The notes: generated by a model not told the origin, from the letters alone. Shown: positions 1 through 12,084, counted from the stretch's first letter. The stretch: 64,000 nt of DNA from Gammaproteobacteria bacterium (GCA_016195665.1 JACPZD010000024.1:99130-163129); one strand, 5' to 3'. Numbers and translations: made by a program.

Positions 1-384
1 ACCGAAGGCGACAGCTCGTCGAATTTCGGCGCCTTCGCATGAATGGGACGGCGTTCGCCGGATTTGATCGGGCCGACGTCGTCTATCGGACGGCCGAGCA
101 CATCCATGATGCGGCCCAACGTGCCGTGACCGACCGGCACCGAAATCGGTGCGCCGGTATTTTTTACCTTCATGCCGCGGCGCAGGCCGTCGCTCGAACC
201 CATCGCAATGGTGCGCACCACGCCGTCGCCCAGTTGCTGCTGCACCTCGAAGGTAAGGCCCGGCTCGGCGCTGCTGTTGACCTGCTCATCGAGCAATAAG
301 GCGTCATACACCCTGGGCATCCCCTCGCGCGGGAACTGCACGTCCACCACCGCGCCGATGCACTGAACTATCGTTCCTGGATTC
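1..384 (-). CDS. atpD: F1F0 ATP synthase beta subunit, N-terminal 128 aa only; gene continues past the window start
   Basis: Reverse translation from 384 gives [32 protein letters not shown]..., the canonical beta-subunit N-terminus. It sits downstream of atpG in conserved operon order. Confidence 0.85.
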
Positions 385-517
385 ATGTTCACATTCCTCT
401 ACAAAAATTAAAATGCGTTTACTGAAAATTCGTTTTGCCTGCCGCCCCCTCCCCGGCCCTCTCCCCAAAGGGGCGAGGGGGAGTGGGTTGCCTGCTCCCA
501 GAGGGAGCAGGGTCTGT

Positions 518-1384
518 TTACACGGCTGCGGCGCCGCCCACGATTTCCGACAGCTCCTTGGTGATCGCCGCCTGGCGGGTCTTGTTGTAAACCAGTTTCA
601 ATTCGTCAATCACGTTGCCGGCGTTGTCGGATGCGGACTTCATCGCCACCATGCGCGCGCTTTGCTCGGAGGCCAAGTTTTCCGCCACCGCCTGATACAC
701 CAACGCCTCGATATAGCGCACCATGACGGCGTCTATCGCGGTTTTCGCGTCCGGCTCGTACAGGTAATCCCACACGCCCTCGGCGCCGCCGCTCAGCTTT
801 TCGCCGGACAGCGGCAGCAGTTGCTCCATCACCGGCTCCTGCTTCATGGTGTTGATGAAACGGGTATAAAAAATATACAGCGCGTCAATATCGCCGCTGG
901 AATAATCATCCAGCATCACCTTTACCGCGCCGATCAGTTTTTCCAGATGCGGCGTGTCGCCGAGGCCGGTGACTTGCGACGTGATGCGCGCGCCCAGGCG
1001 GTTCATGAAACCCAGCCCCTTGTTGCCGATGGGGCAGACCCGCGTGCCGGTCTTGGCGCCTTCCCATTCCTTCAGCTTGCCCAGCGCCAGGCGCAGCACG
1101 TTGGTGTTAAGGCCGCCGCACAAACCCTTGTCGGAGGTGACCACAATCACGCCCACGTTCTTGACCTCAGCACGCTTGACCAGGAACGGATGGCGGTACT
1201 CCACGCTGGCGCGGCTCATGTGCGCGGCGACGTTGCGTATCTTTTCGCCATAGGGACGCGACGCGCGCATGCGCTCCTGCGCCTTGCGCATCTTGGATGC
1301 CGCCACCATTTCCATCGCCTTGGTGATCTTGCGCGTGTTCTGCACGCTCTTGATCTTGGCGCGTATTTCCTTGCCGCTGGCCAT
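518..1384 (-). CDS. atpG: F1F0 ATP synthase gamma subunit
   Basis: 288-aa ORF starting [36 protein letters not shown], typical gamma subunit; positioned between atpA and atpD. Confidence 0.95.
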   Translation of the reverse strand: MASGKEIRAKIKSVQNTRKITKAMEMVAASKMRKAQERMRASRPYGEKIRNVAAHMSRASVEYRHPFLVKRAEVKNVGVIVVTSDKGLCGGLNTNVLRLALGKLKEWEGAKTGTRVCPIGNKGLGFMNRLGARITSQVTGLGDTPHLEKLIGAVKVMLDDYSSGDIDALYIFYTRFINTMKQEPVMEQLLPLSGEKLSGGAEGVWDYLYEPDAKTAIDAVMVRYIEALVYQAVAENLASEQSARMVAMKSASDNAGNVIDELKLVYNKTRQAAITKELSEIVGGAAAV

Positions 1385-1386
1385 GT

Positions 1387-2928
1387 CTAGTACACCGCGG
1401 TTTTCTTGAACTCTTCGATGGCGAGCGCCAGGGCCTTCTCCGCCTCGGCGTCGAGATCCTTGGTGGTGGTGATCTTGTCTACGATCGCGGCGTGTTTGCT
1501 CTTCATGTAGGCATGCAGCGCGGACTCAAAGGCCAGCGCCTTCTTCACTTCCACGTCGTCAAAATAGCCCTTGTTCACCGCGAACAGCGTGACCGCCATT
1601 TGCGCCACGCTCATCGGCGCGTACTGCGGCTGCTTCATCAGTTCGGTCACCATGCGGCCGCGCTCCAACTGCTTGCGCGTGGCCTCGTCCAGGTCCGAGG
1701 CGAACTGCGCGAAGGCGGCCAGTTCGCGGTACTGCGCCAGCGCCAGACGCACACCGCCGCCCAGTTTCTTGATGACCTTGGTCTGCGCCGCGCCGCCTAC
1801 GCGCGACACCGAGATACCGGCGTTGATCGCGGGCCGGATGCCGGCGTTGAACAAATCGGTTTCCAGGAAGATCTGGCCGTCGGTGATCGAGATTACGTTG
1901 GTCGGCACGAACGCGGACACGTCGCCCGCCTGGGTCTCGATGATGGGCAGCGCGGTGAGCGAGCCGGTCTTGCCCTTGACCTTGCCGCCGGTCATCTTCT
2001 CCACGTACTCGGCGTTCACGCGCGCGGCGCGCTCCAACAGGCGCGAGTGCAGATAGAACACGTCGCCCGGATACGCCTCGCGGCCCGGCGGACGGCGCAG
2101 CAGCAGCGACACCTGGCGGTAGGCCCAGGCCTGCTTGGTGAGGTCATCGTATACGATCAGCGCATCCTGGCCGCGGTCGCGGAAGTATTCGCCCATGGTG
2201 CAGCCGGAATAGGCGGCGATGTACTGCATCGCGGCGGACTCCGAGGCGGTGGCGGCTACGACAATGGTATACGCCATCGCGCCGTACTCTTCCAGCTTGC
2301 GCACCACGTTGGCGACGGTCGAGGCCTTCTGCCCGATCGCCACGTAGATGCAAATCATGTCCTGGCCTTTCTGGTTGATGATGGTGTCTACCGCCACCGC
2401 CGTCTTGCCGGTTTGGCGGTCGCCGATGATCAGCTCGCGCTGACCGCGGCCGATGGGCACCATCGAGTCTATGGACTTGAGGCCGGTCTGCACCGGCTGA
2501 CTCACCGACTGGCGCGCGATGACGCCGGGCGCGATTTTTTCAATCGGCGCCGTCTCGGTAGCGGCGATCTGCCCCTTGCCGTCTATCGGCTGGCCGAGCG
2601 AGTTCACCACACGGCCGATCAGCGCCTCGCCCACCGGCACTTCCAGAATGCGGCCGGTGCACTTGACCGGGTCGCCCTCGCGGATGTGCTCGTATTCGCC
2701 CAGCACCACCGCGCCGACCGAGTCGCGCTCCAGGTTGAGCGCGAGGCCAAAGGTGTTGCCGGGGAACTCCAGCATCTCGCCCTGCATCGCGTCGGACAGA
2801 CCGTGCACGCGGGTGATGCCGTCGGTGACGGACACCACCGTACCCTCGGTGCGCGCCTGGCTGACGATCTCGAAACTCTCGATGCGCTGTTTTATAAGGT
2901 TGCTGATTTCTGAAGGGTTGAGTTGCAT
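1387..2928 (-). CDS. atpA: F1F0 ATP synthase alpha subunit
   Basis: 513-aa [20 protein letters not shown]...; P-loop GDRQTGKT; end-to-end alpha-subunit similarity. Confidence 0.97.
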   Translation of the reverse strand: MQLNPSEISNLIKQRIESFEIVSQARTEGTVVSVTDGITRVHGLSDAMQGEMLEFPGNTFGLALNLERDSVGAVVLGEYEHIREGDPVKCTGRILEVPVGEALIGRVVNSLGQPIDGKGQIAATETAPIEKIAPGVIARQSVSQPVQTGLKSIDSMVPIGRGQRELIIGDRQTGKTAVAVDTIINQKGQDMICIYVAIGQKASTVANVVRKLEEYGAMAYTIVVAATASESAAMQYIAAYSGCTMGEYFRDRGQDALIVYDDLTKQAWAYRQVSLLLRRPPGREAYPGDVFYLHSRLLERAARVNAEYVEKMTGGKVKGKTGSLTALPIIETQAGDVSAFVPTNVISITDGQIFLETDLFNAGIRPAINAGISVSRVGGAAQTKVIKKLGGGVRLALAQYRELAAFAQFASDLDEATRKQLERGRMVTELMKQPQYAPMSVAQMAVTLFAVNKGYFDDVEVKKALAFESALHAYMKSKHAAIVDKITTTKDLDAEAEKALALAIEEFKKTAVY

Positions 2929-2969
2929 GATGCCTTCCTTTAATGAAATTTCAATGGGTGCATGCGGGT

Positions 2970-3506
2970 TTACTGGGCCAGCGCGTTCGCAAGCTTCGCC
3001 AGTTGGCCGCGCGCCGTGCCGTCTATGACGCTGTCGCCGGCGCGGATGAGTACACCGCCCAGCAGCGAGTTATCTATATGCGCAGTGATGCTCACGGTGC
3101 GCCCGTAGCGTGCTTGCAGGGTGGCGGCGATCTTGGCCTGCTGTTGTTCGCTGAGCGGATAGGCCGAGATCACCTGCGCTTCCAGGGCGCCCTCCGCGAC
3201 GGCGCGTTCGGCCTCGAACAAGGCGGCGATTTCGGGCAGCAGGCCGAGGCGGCGATTGGCGATCAGGACTTGTATGAAATTGCGCCCCGTGGGATCGAGG
3301 GGTCCGCCCACCAGTTCCAGGAACAGTTTGGCCAATTGTTCCTTGCCCCAGCGGGGATCGCCGAGCAGGTTCTGTATCTGCGGATCGGCCGCCACAGCCG
3401 CAGCCAGGGCCAGCAGCTCCGACCACGCCTTGAGGTTGCCCTGCGCCTTGGCCAATTCAAACACGGCCTGGGCATAGGGGCGGGCAATGGTGGTTTTTTC
3501 GGCCAT
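2970..3506 (-). CDS. atpH: F1F0 ATP synthase delta subunit
   Basis: 178 aa, [19 protein letters not shown]...; expected size and operon position. Confidence 0.9.
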   Translation of the reverse strand: MAEKTTIARPYAQAVFELAKAQGNLKAWSELLALAAAVAADPQIQNLLGDPRWGKEQLAKLFLELVGGPLDPTGRNFIQVLIANRRLGLLPEIAALFEAERAVAEGALEAQVISAYPLSEQQQAKIAATLQARYGRTVSITAHIDNSLLGGVLIRAGDSVIDGTARGQLAKLANALAQ

Positions 3507-3520
3507 GAGTATTCGGAAGC

Positions 3521-3991
3521 CTAGATGCGTGCGGTAAGCTGGTTGAGCAGGTCGCCGTGCGTCTTGGGATCAATCTCGCGGGCCAGAATCTTTTCCGCGC
3601 CGGCGATGGCGATGGAGACCACCTGGCCACGCAGCGCCTCTTTGGCGCGATTAAGCTCCTGGGTGATCTCGGCGCGCGCGCCGACGATGATGCGCTCACC
3701 CTCCGCACGACCCTGTCCCTTGGACTCTTCGACGATCTCGGAGGCGCGTTTTTCGGCCTGGGAAATGATCTCAGCGGCCTGGTTCTTGGCGGCGAGGAGC
3801 AGATCCTTGGCGCGCTTTTCCGCGAGCTCCTGCTCGTGCTTGCCCTTTTCGGCGGCGGCCAGGCCATCGGCGATGCGCTTCTGGCGCGCCTCCATCATGG
3901 CGGTGAGCGGCCCCCACAGAAATTTATTGACGAACCAGATGAGCAGCGCGAACGCCACCATCTGGGCAAACAGGGTTACTGTGATATTCAT
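3521..3991 (-). CDS. atpF: F1F0 ATP synthase B subunit
   Basis: 156 aa with an N-terminal transmembrane helix followed by a long charged coiled-coil (AEKRAKDLLLAAKNQAAEII...). Confidence 0.9.
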   Translation of the reverse strand: MNITVTLFAQMVAFALLIWFVNKFLWGPLTAMMEARQKRIADGLAAAEKGKHEQELAEKRAKDLLLAAKNQAAEIISQAEKRASEIVEESKGQGRAEGERIIVGARAEITQELNRAKEALRGQVVSIAIAGAEKILAREIDPKTHGDLLNQLTARI

Positions 3992-4027
3992 CTGGTCAGC
4001 CTCGCTACAATCAGCCAGCGGTAAGTA

Positions 4028-4324
<297 letters not shown>

Positions 4325-4357
4325 TTACTCTCCTAAAATAGCAAATTGAAAAATCTT

Positions 4358-5666
<1,309 letters not shown>

Positions 5667-5670
<4 letters not shown>

Positions 5671-5876
5671 TGTTTCGACTCCGGCCTGCTCAGCAGCTTA
5701 TAAGCCTTCAGAAGACCGCCCACAAACCCCAGGCAGCCAAGGATGAACATGAAGAGGGGGAGGGTATCCAACCATACATCGAGGCCATATCCCAATATCA
5801 GACCGGCCAGCACCATGGAGGAGAGTATGCTGCCAACTCCAATCAGCGCCAACCCGGTTCCCCTGGCCTTGTTCAC
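5667..5876 (-). CDS. AtpZ/ATPase_gene1-like small membrane protein; start uncertain (GTG at 5876, or ATG at 5972/5990 overlapping the permease gene)
   Basis: The C-terminal 65 aa (...GTGLALIGVGSILSSMVLAGLILGYGLDVWLDTLPLFMFILGCLGFVGGLLKAYKLL) match the PF09527-type putative F0F1-ATPase subunit pattern (two TM helices, GY.LD motif). The 4-nt overlap with atpI suggests co-transcription. Confidence 0.4.
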
Positions 5877-5931
5877 AGCGCGCGCATTATAAAGGTTGGG
5901 AGGGCACGGCGTCAACGAAATACGGAGAATT

Positions 5932-6708
5932 TCAGGCCAGCAGACGGCGGCGCAGCAGTATACAGGCCACATACAGCCCCGCCGCGCCATACAGTATCAG
6001 GACGCCCAGATGGAGGAGAGGATGGGTGAGGGCCTGTCCGGTCATGAGCGGGCGCACCAACTCCACGGCGTGGGTGAGGGGCAATACCTGCGCCCCCCAT
6101 CGCACGGCCTTGGGCATGGCCTCCAAGGGGAAAAAGGTGCCGCTTAACAGAAACATCGGGGTAATGACGAGCGTGAAGTAATACACGAAAAAGTCATAAC
6201 TCTTGGCGAACGCGGTGACGCACAGCGCGAGCGCGGCAAACGACGTACCCGCCAGCAGCACCAGCGGCAGCACCCATAGCGCGCGCAGATCGTGCACCAG
6301 CCCCAGCCCCGCCGCCACCGCGACGATGGGCGCGACCGACAGCAGGCTCTTGGCGCCGGCCCAAACTATCTCGCCCAACGCGATGTCATCCACGATGAGC
6401 GGTGTGGCAAGCATGCCGCCCCAGGTTTGCTGGTGAGCCATGCGCGTGTAGGCGGAGAACAGGGCTTCAAAGGTCGCGGTGTTCATGGCGCTCGCGCACA
6501 CCAAACCTGAGGCGAGAAACACGCTGTAGGGCATGCCCTGCATCTCGCCGACAAACGCGCCGAGCCCGAAGCCGAGCGCGAACAGGTAGAGCAGCGGCTC
6601 GATGAAGTTACCGAGCATGGCGGGGCCGAGCAGCTTGCGCCACACCAGAAAATTGCGCCGCCAGACATGCAGGAAGCGCAGACTCATGGCGGGTAAGGGG
6701 TGGCTCAT
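5932..6708 (-). CDS. ABC-2 type transporter permease (NodJ/YadH-like)
   Basis: 259 aa from the internal Met MSHPLPAMSLRFLHVWRRNF... The N-terminal 132 aa of the listed 390-aa ORF is a low-complexity Arg/Pro artefact that overlaps the upstream ATPase gene. Six-TM ABC-2 permease features. Confidence 0.8.
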   Translation of the reverse strand: MSHPLPAMSLRFLHVWRRNFLVWRKLLGPAMLGNFIEPLLYLFALGFGLGAFVGEMQGMPYSVFLASGLVCASAMNTATFEALFSAYTRMAHQQTWGGMLATPLIVDDIALGEIVWAGAKSLLSVAPIVAVAAGLGLVHDLRALWVLPLVLLAGTSFAALALCVTAFAKSYDFFVYYFTLVITPMFLLSGTFFPLEAMPKAVRWGAQVLPLTHAVELVRPLMTGQALTHPLLHLGVLILYGAAGLYVACILLRRRLLA

Positions 6709-6710
6709 GC

Positions 6711-7634
6711 TCAATCCCGTAGATCGCGTCCGGTGAGTTTGAGAAACACGTCTTCCAGATTGCCGGGGCGGTGCAGATAGCGCAGTTGAGGGCATGCCCT
6801 CAAGTCGGCGAGCAAGGCATGGGCGTCGTGGGTGTAGCAAAACACCGTCTCGCCGATATGCTCGGCGCGCACCATCAGCGCACGCGCGGGGCCGTTGAGC
6901 CAGGATTCGACATCGGGGCCGTGCACTTCCACCACTTGCGGCTCGATGTGGCGCTGAATGAGGCCCGCTGGGCTGTCCTCGGCGAGGATGCGTCCGTGAT
7001 CCATCACCGCGATGCGACTGCACAGGCGCTCGGCCTCTTCCATGTAGTGTGTGGTGAGAATCAGCGTCTTGCCTTGCGCCATGAGGGTGCGCAGGCGCTG
7101 CCACAACATCTGTCGGGCCTGCGGGTCGAGCCCGGTGGTGGGCTCATCGAGAATCAGCAGTTGGGGGTCGTTGATGAGCGCGCGGGCCAGCGTGAGCCGG
7201 CGTTTCATGCCGCCGGATAAGGTGTTGATCCCCGCCTGCGCCTTGCCCTCCAAGGCGGCGAAGGTCAATACTTCATGGATGCGGGCCTCCAGCACCGGAC
7301 CGGAGAGGCCGAAATAACTGGCGTAGACACGCAGGTTTTCGATGACTGTAAAATCCGGGTCGAGGTTGTCCTGCTGCGGCACCACACCGATGCGCGCGCG
7401 CATTTCGCGCGCATGTTCAGGCACGGGATAACCGAGCACCTTGAGCGCGCCGCCGCCGGGGGGCGTTACGCCGAGCAGCATGCGTAGCGTGGTGGTCTTG
7501 CCCGCGCCGTTGGGGCCGAGCAGCCCGAAACATTCGCCGGGCCGCACGCGCAGATCCACGCCGTCCACCACCGGTACGCCGCCGTAAAACTTGCGCAGCC
7601 CCCGCGCCTCGATCACTGCCTGGGTCGCTTCCAT
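6711..7634 (-). CDS. ABC transporter ATP-binding protein (NodI/YadG-like)
   Basis: Walker A GPNGAGKTT, signature LSGGMKRR, Walker B LLILDEPT; stop/start overlaps the downstream permease. Confidence 0.9.
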   Translation of the reverse strand: MEATQAVIEARGLRKFYGGVPVVDGVDLRVRPGECFGLLGPNGAGKTTTLRMLLGVTPPGGGALKVLGYPVPEHAREMRARIGVVPQQDNLDPDFTVIENLRVYASYFGLSGPVLEARIHEVLTFAALEGKAQAGINTLSGGMKRRLTLARALINDPQLLILDEPTTGLDPQARQMLWQRLRTLMAQGKTLILTTHYMEEAERLCSRIAVMDHGRILAEDSPAGLIQRHIEPQVVEVHGPDVESWLNGPARALMVRAEHIGETVFCYTHDAHALLADLRACPQLRYLHRPGNLEDVFLKLTGRDLRD

Positions 7635-7729
7635 GTGGGATTAGATTGGAACCGCCGCAAAATTGCGGGTTTTGCCTTGATGCGCCATTGCGGCTCGTTT
7701 CAAGCCAAACCTCTTGTTTTGCAGCGGTT

Positions 7730-8044
7730 TCAAATTCTCAGGCGCTCAACGATACGCCCGTTAAGGATATGTTCCTCAATAATCTCGTCTATGTCTTCTT
7801 TATCCACGTAGGTATACCAGACCCCCTCGGGGTAGACGACCAGCACCGGCCCCTCTTCGCAGCGGTCCATGCAGCCGGCGGTATTCGCCCGCGCATGGCC
7901 CTCGCCGCGCAGGCCGAGGGCCTTGATGCGGGTCTTGGCATAGTCACGCAGGGCCTGCGCGCCATGATTCTGGCAACAGGCCGCCCCTGCCTCGCGCTGG
8001 TTGGTGCAGAAAAACAGGTGGTGACGGTAATAGGGTTCGCTCAC
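7730..8044 (-). CDS. thioredoxin-like (2Fe-2S) ferredoxin
   Basis: 104 aa with the C-x-x-x-x-C ... C-x-x-x-C pattern (FFCTNQREAGAACC ... AGCMDRCEEGPV) typical of COG3411 ferredoxins. Confidence 0.75.
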   Translation of the reverse strand: MSEPYYRHHLFFCTNQREAGAACCQNHGAQALRDYAKTRIKALGLRGEGHARANTAGCMDRCEEGPVLVVYPEGVWYTYVDKEDIDEIIEEHILNGRIVERLRI

Positions 8045-8126
8045 AGAACCAGTATCAAATAACCGGCGGCGGCTTGCAAGCTGAAAAGGCTTGATAGTTA
8101 TCGGCGGCTATTTGATACTGTGCACT

Positions 8127-8552
8127 ATGTCTATCGAACAGAACAAGGCCATCGTCCGGCGCTACTACGAGGAGCTGTGGAATAAGTGGAATGCCGCCAT
8201 TGCCGACGAGCTGATCGCCGCCGACATCAACTTTCGCGGCTCCTTGGGTTTCGCCGTGCACGGCATTATGAGTTTTAAGGAATATATGGCGATGGTGCGA
8301 GGCGCCTTTCCCGATTTCCACAACGCCATTGAGGAGTTGATCGCCGAGGGCGACCAGGTGGTGGCGCGGATGACCTACAGCGGCAGTCATCGCGGCGAGC
8401 TGTACGGCCTTGCACCCACCGGCAAGCAGGTGAGTTATTCGGGTATAGCGATCTTCCGCATCAAGGGGGGCAAGATCGCGATGGGATGGGTGATGGGTGA
8501 CGCACTCGGCCTGATGAAGCAGCTCGGCGCTATGCATGCGCCGGGACACTGA
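8127..8552 (+). CDS. SnoaL-like ester cyclase / NTF2-fold protein
   Basis: MSIEQNKAIVRRYYEELWNKWN... is the signature N-terminus of SnoaL-like polyketide cyclase-fold proteins. The listed ORF 8091 has a 12-aa upstream extension. Confidence 0.7.
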   Translation: MSIEQNKAIVRRYYEELWNKWNAAIADELIAADINFRGSLGFAVHGIMSFKEYMAMVRGAFPDFHNAIEELIAEGDQVVARMTYSGSHRGELYGLAPTGKQVSYSGIAIFRIKGGKIAMGWVMGDALGLMKQLGAMHAPGH

Positions 8553-8587
8553 TTCCCGTCACGCTGCAATGTCAGCCTGCTAATGAA

Positions 8588-8729
8588 CTCCTTAAGGGAT
8601 CTCTGATTTATTCATACTGAACCGCCAAGACGCCAAGAACGCCAAGATTTTTCCTTACAATCGTCAAGCTCTTTTCTTGGCGGCCTTGGCGCCTTGGCGG
8701 TTGGCGATATATTTTTCAGAGCTTCCTTA
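8588..8729. mobile_element. family-A MITE-like palindromic element (CCGCCAAGACGCCAAGAACGCCAAGA ... TCTTGGCG.CCTTGGCGCCTTGGCGG core, CTTAAGG.A.CTCTGA-type terminal inverted repeats)
   Basis: About 140 bp between the SnoaL-like gene and coq7; near-identical copies at 19808, 39136 and 50598. Confidence 0.8.
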
Positions 8730-8733
8730 ATAC

Positions 8734-9375
8734 ATGAATGCCCGAAAAATCTCACCGCTGGATAGTTTAATCATTGGCCTGGACCAGGCGTTGCGTACCG
8801 TGTGCACGCCGTCTCAGTGCAGCCGACCAGCGCCCGCCGCGCGGCACGATGACGCGGCGCTCAGTGCGTCTCACAGGGATGCGGCTGCGCGGCTCATGCG
8901 CGTCAATCATGCGGGCGAGGTCGCCGCGCAAGCCTTGTATCGCGGTCATGCACTCACCGCGCGCTCCCCAGCCGTTCGCGAGCACATGGAGCGCGCCGCA
9001 CAGGAGGAAACCGATCATCTGGCCTGGTGCGAACAGCGCGCGCAAGAGTTGGGCAGTCACATCAGCCTGCTCAACCCGCTTTGGTATGCAGGCTCATTCG
9101 CCATCGGCGCGCTGGCCGGGCTGGCGGGCGATAAATGGAGCCTGGGTTTTGTCGCGGAGACCGAGCGCCAAGTGGTCAAACATCTGGAGGATCACTTGAC
9201 GCGCCTGCCCGCCGGGGATGAGCAAAGCCGGGCCATCTTAGAACAGATGCGTGAAGATGAAGCGCAACACGCGACGGTGGCTATCGAGGCCGGCGCGGCG
9301 GAGTTGCCGGAAAGGGTGAAGAAGGCAATGGCGCTGACATCCACCGTGATGACCCGCAGCGCTTATTGGCTATAG
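8734..9375 (+). CDS. coq7: demethoxyubiquinone hydroxylase (ferritin-like di-iron, Coq7 family)
   Basis: 213 aa; di-iron ligand motifs ([10 protein letters not shown] ... EETDHLAW ... [10 protein letters not shown]) in Coq7 spacing. Confidence 0.85.
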   Translation: MNARKISPLDSLIIGLDQALRTVCTPSQCSRPAPAARHDDAALSASHRDAAARLMRVNHAGEVAAQALYRGHALTARSPAVREHMERAAQEETDHLAWCEQRAQELGSHISLLNPLWYAGSFAIGALAGLAGDKWSLGFVAETERQVVKHLEDHLTRLPAGDEQSRAILEQMREDEAQHATVAIEAGAAELPERVKKAMALTSTVMTRSAYWL

Positions 9376-9381
9376 GGCGCC

Positions 9382-10284
9382 TTATAAACGAGGTTTGGCC
9401 CTCGCCGCCGCCTTCGTGGGCTTTTTCTTTTTCTTCAGTTTCACCACCCCGCTCTTTTTCAGCTTACCCATCCTGGGTATGTTGCGCCCATAAAAAATCT
9501 CCGCCATTTCATGTTTCAGGCGCTGTTTGATGAGCTTGCGCTCCTCTTGTTCGAGACCCTCTTTGACCGTGCCGAACAGATAGTTGTTGAGGTCGAACTC
9601 CTTGAGCAGCATCTTGGTGTGGAAGATATTCTCCTGATAAACGTTGACGTCTATCATCTGATAGCGGTCTCGCGTCACCTTGGCGATGAAGTTTTGGATA
9701 GAGTTGATCTTGTGGTCAATAAAGTGCTTTTTACCGGAGACATCGCGGGTATAGCCGCGCACCCGGTAATCCATGATGACGATGTCGGAGTCGAAGCTGT
9801 GCACCAGATAATTCAACGCGCGCAGCGGCGAGATACGTCCGCAGGTGGACACGTCAATGTCGGCGCGAAAGGTGCTGATGCCATTGTCGGGGTGGCTCTC
9901 GGGATAGGTGTGCACGGTCACGTGGCTCTTGTCCAAATGGGCGACCACCGCCTCGGGCAGCGGGCCAGGGGCTTCCTCCATGCTGGGCAGCACGGCCTGC
10001 GGGATGTGCTCCTCAGAGATCAACATGGTCACACTGGCGCCTTGCGGGTCGTAGTCCTGGTGCGCGATGTTGAGGATGTTGGCGCCGATGATGTTGCATA
10101 CCTCGGTGAGGATGCTGGTAAGGCGTTCGGCGTTATATACCTCGTCAATATATTCGATGTACTCGCTGCGCTGCTTGGCGGTCTTGGCGTAGCAAATATC
10201 GTAGATATTGAAACTCAGGGTCTTGGTCAGGTTGTTAAAGCCGTGCAGCTTGAGCTTCTTGAGCGGCTTCACCATCCCGGACAC
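9382..10284 (-). CDS. speD: S-adenosylmethionine decarboxylase proenzyme (class I, E. coli type), with a Lys-rich C-terminal tail
   Basis: N-term [27 protein letters not shown] is near-identical to E. coli SpeD. The extra roughly 30-aa tail [27 protein letters not shown] is unusual. Confidence 0.9.
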   Translation of the reverse strand: MSGMVKPLKKLKLHGFNNLTKTLSFNIYDICYAKTAKQRSEYIEYIDEVYNAERLTSILTEVCNIIGANILNIAHQDYDPQGASVTMLISEEHIPQAVLPSMEEAPGPLPEAVVAHLDKSHVTVHTYPESHPDNGISTFRADIDVSTCGRISPLRALNYLVHSFDSDIVIMDYRVRGYTRDVSGKKHFIDHKINSIQNFIAKVTRDRYQMIDVNVYQENIFHTKMLLKEFDLNNYLFGTVKEGLEQEERKLIKQRLKHEMAEIFYGRNIPRMGKLKKSGVVKLKKKKKPTKAAARAKPRL

Positions 10285-10322
10285 CTCGCGGTCATTCTAT
10301 AAGTCATGGGAGCAGAGATCCG

Positions 10323-10727
10323 TTATTTTTGAGACAGGCGGGGATGAAAAATGAATTGCAGGGTGTTGCCGTCCGGGTCCTGGCAGTAAAAGCTGCGCGA
10401 AGCGTCGCGGTGGTCGCGCGGCGCGGCCTTGATAATCACCTGATGAGCACGCAGGTAATCGTGCCAAACGTCTACGTCTTCCCGGGTGTTGAGGATGAAT
10501 CCCAGGTGGTCGAGGCGTTGATGGGCCGGCGGGTCAAACGCAGCGGGATTATGGTGTAAGGCCAGGTTGTCCTGGCCGGAGGTGAGATACAGATTGCTGG
10601 CGTCCGGCCGCCAGTCTACCTGCATACCGAGCAGGTCAACATAAAAGCGTTCGCAGGCCGCCAGGTCATGCACCTTGAGGGCGAGGTGGCGGAGGCCGGC
10701 GAGAGGTTGAGGTCGCGCTGCGGTCAC
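10323..10727 (-). CDS. VOC/glyoxalase family protein
   Basis: 134 aa, LRHLALKVHDLAACERFYVDLLGM... typical glyoxalase/bleomycin-resistance fold N-terminus. Confidence 0.7.
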   Translation of the reverse strand: MTAARPQPLAGLRHLALKVHDLAACERFYVDLLGMQVDWRPDASNLYLTSGQDNLALHHNPAAFDPPAHQRLDHLGFILNTREDVDVWHDYLRAHQVIIKAAPRDHRDASRSFYCQDPDGNTLQFIFHPRLSQK

Positions 10728-10733
10728 CGGTCT

Positions 10734-11153
10734 TTAGTCCGCCTGAACGATTTCATAATCATGCGTCAGCTCCGCGGTTTTGTTCAGCATCATGGAGACC
10801 GAGCAATATTTCTCGGCGGACAGCTCCACCGCGCGTTTGACCGATTCTTCCTTAACGTCCTTGCCGCTCACAGTATAGTGCATGTGGATCTTGGTGAAGA
10901 CCTTGGGCACGGTCTCGGCGCGTTCGGCGGTGATGTCCACGACGCAGTCACTGATGACCTCGCGTTTCTTGCGCAAGATATCCACCACGTCGAAGGCGGT
11001 GCAGCCGCCCAAGCCCAGCAGCACCATCTCCATCGGCCGCACGCCGAGGTTCTGTCCACCCGACTCCGGCGGGCCGTCCAGCACCAACGAGTGGCCGCTG
11101 CCGCTTTGTGCGACGAATAAACTGTTTTCCACCCACTTCACGCGCGCTTTCAT
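10734..11153 (-). CDS. OsmC family peroxiredoxin-like protein
   Basis: 139 aa with the conserved paired-Cys context (GLGGCTAFDV ... EKYCSVSMML) of OsmC/Ohr. Confidence 0.8.
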   Translation of the reverse strand: MKARVKWVENSLFVAQSGSGHSLVLDGPPESGGQNLGVRPMEMVLLGLGGCTAFDVVDILRKKREVISDCVVDITAERAETVPKVFTKIHMHYTVSGKDVKEESVKRAVELSAEKYCSVSMMLNKTAELTHDYEIVQAD

Positions 11154-11173
11154 GAAACTATTATGCCGTGTTT

Positions 11174-11986
11174 TCAGAACGGCACAACTGGTTTGAATAA
11201 ATTGGCCAGCGCTGCGCCCGGATCAGGCGCCACCATGAACGCCTCGCCCACCAGAAAGGCATGTACGCCATGCTTGCGCATCAGCGCGACGTCCTTCGGA
11301 GTATGAATTCCGCTCTCGGTGACTACGGTGCGGCTGCCGGGAACTTTATCGAGCAAGTCGAGAGTGGTGGAGAGCGTGGTTTCAAAGGTGCGCAGGTTAC
11401 GGTTGTTGATGCCAATGAGTCTGGTGTTGAGCGCCAGGGCGCGCTCCAGCTCCTCCGAGTTATGTACCTCAACCAGCACGTCCATGCCGAGGTGCAGAGC
11501 GAGACCGGTGAGATCATGTAACTGCGCATCACCCAAGGCGGCGACGATGAGCAGGATACAGTCAGCGCCCAAGGCGCGCGCCTCGTATATCTGGTAAGCA
11601 TCTACCGTGAAGTCCTTGCGCAGCACGGGAAGCTTGGTCGCCGCGCGCGCCTCTTGCAAATAACTGTCGTCACCTTGAAAAAAATCACGGTCGGTGAGCA
11701 CCGAGAGACACGCCGCGCCCGCGCGTTCATACGATTGCGCGATCTCGGCGGGGCGGAAGTCGGCGCGCATCACGCCTTTGCTTGGCGAGGCCTTTTTGAT
11801 CTCGGCAATCACCGCCGCCTCGCCGCGTTGGATTTTTGCCTCGATGGCGGCCACAAAACCGCGCGGCGCGGGAGCCTCTGCGGCGCGCTGGCTCAAGGCG
11901 CGCAACGGCAGCGCGCGGCCGCGCTCGGTCACCTCTTCGGCCTTGCGTCTGAGAATTTTTTGCAGGATGTCGGGCGGTGCGGTCAT
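11174..11986 (-). CDS. trpC: indole-3-glycerol phosphate synthase
   Basis: 270 aa; [25 protein letters not shown] motifs of TrpC. Confidence 0.95.
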   Translation of the reverse strand: MTAPPDILQKILRRKAEEVTERGRALPLRALSQRAAEAPAPRGFVAAIEAKIQRGEAAVIAEIKKASPSKGVMRADFRPAEIAQSYERAGAACLSVLTDRDFFQGDDSYLQEARAATKLPVLRKDFTVDAYQIYEARALGADCILLIVAALGDAQLHDLTGLALHLGMDVLVEVHNSEELERALALNTRLIGINNRNLRTFETTLSTTLDLLDKVPGSRTVVTESGIHTPKDVALMRKHGVHAFLVGEAFMVAPDPGAALANLFKPVVPF

Positions 11987-12000
11987 ATTTTAATAAGGCT

Positions 12001-12075
12001 CCACACAAAGACGCAAAGACGCGAAGATTATTAGAGATATATGTCTTTGCGTTCTCTGCGACTCGGCGTCTATTC
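12001..12075. repeat. degenerate family-A variant (CAAAGACGCAAAGACGCGAAGA ... TCTTTGCGTTCTCTGCG)
   Basis: trpC-trpD spacer; same architecture as family A with CCAAGACGC changed to CAAAGACGC. Confidence 0.55.
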
Positions 12076-12084
12076 GTGCGGTTA

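Noticed and set aside
413-1390. 325-aa plus-strand ORF, and similar long ORFs at 1492..2913, 2943..3524 and 3525..4031
   Set aside because: These are antisense shadow ORFs lying opposite the well-supported atpG, atpA, atpH and atpF genes. They have low-complexity Arg/Ala/Gly/His-rich translations typical of high-GC antisense frames.
5932-7104. The first 132 codons of the 390-aa permease ORF (6709..7104)
   Set aside because: That part is low-complexity (R/P/G/H-rich) and overlaps the ABC ATPase gene on the same strand. A Met (MSHPLP) immediately after the ATPase stop gives a normal 259-aa ABC-2 permease.
7646-8062. 138-aa plus-strand ORF
   Set aside because: Antisense to the 2Fe-2S ferredoxin gene, which has the diagnostic cysteine pattern.
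8055-8549. 164-aa minus-strand ORF
   Set aside because: It overlaps the plus-strand SnoaL-like gene, whose N-terminal motif (NKAIVRRYYEELWN) is a strong family signature. The minus-strand translation has no recognisable features.
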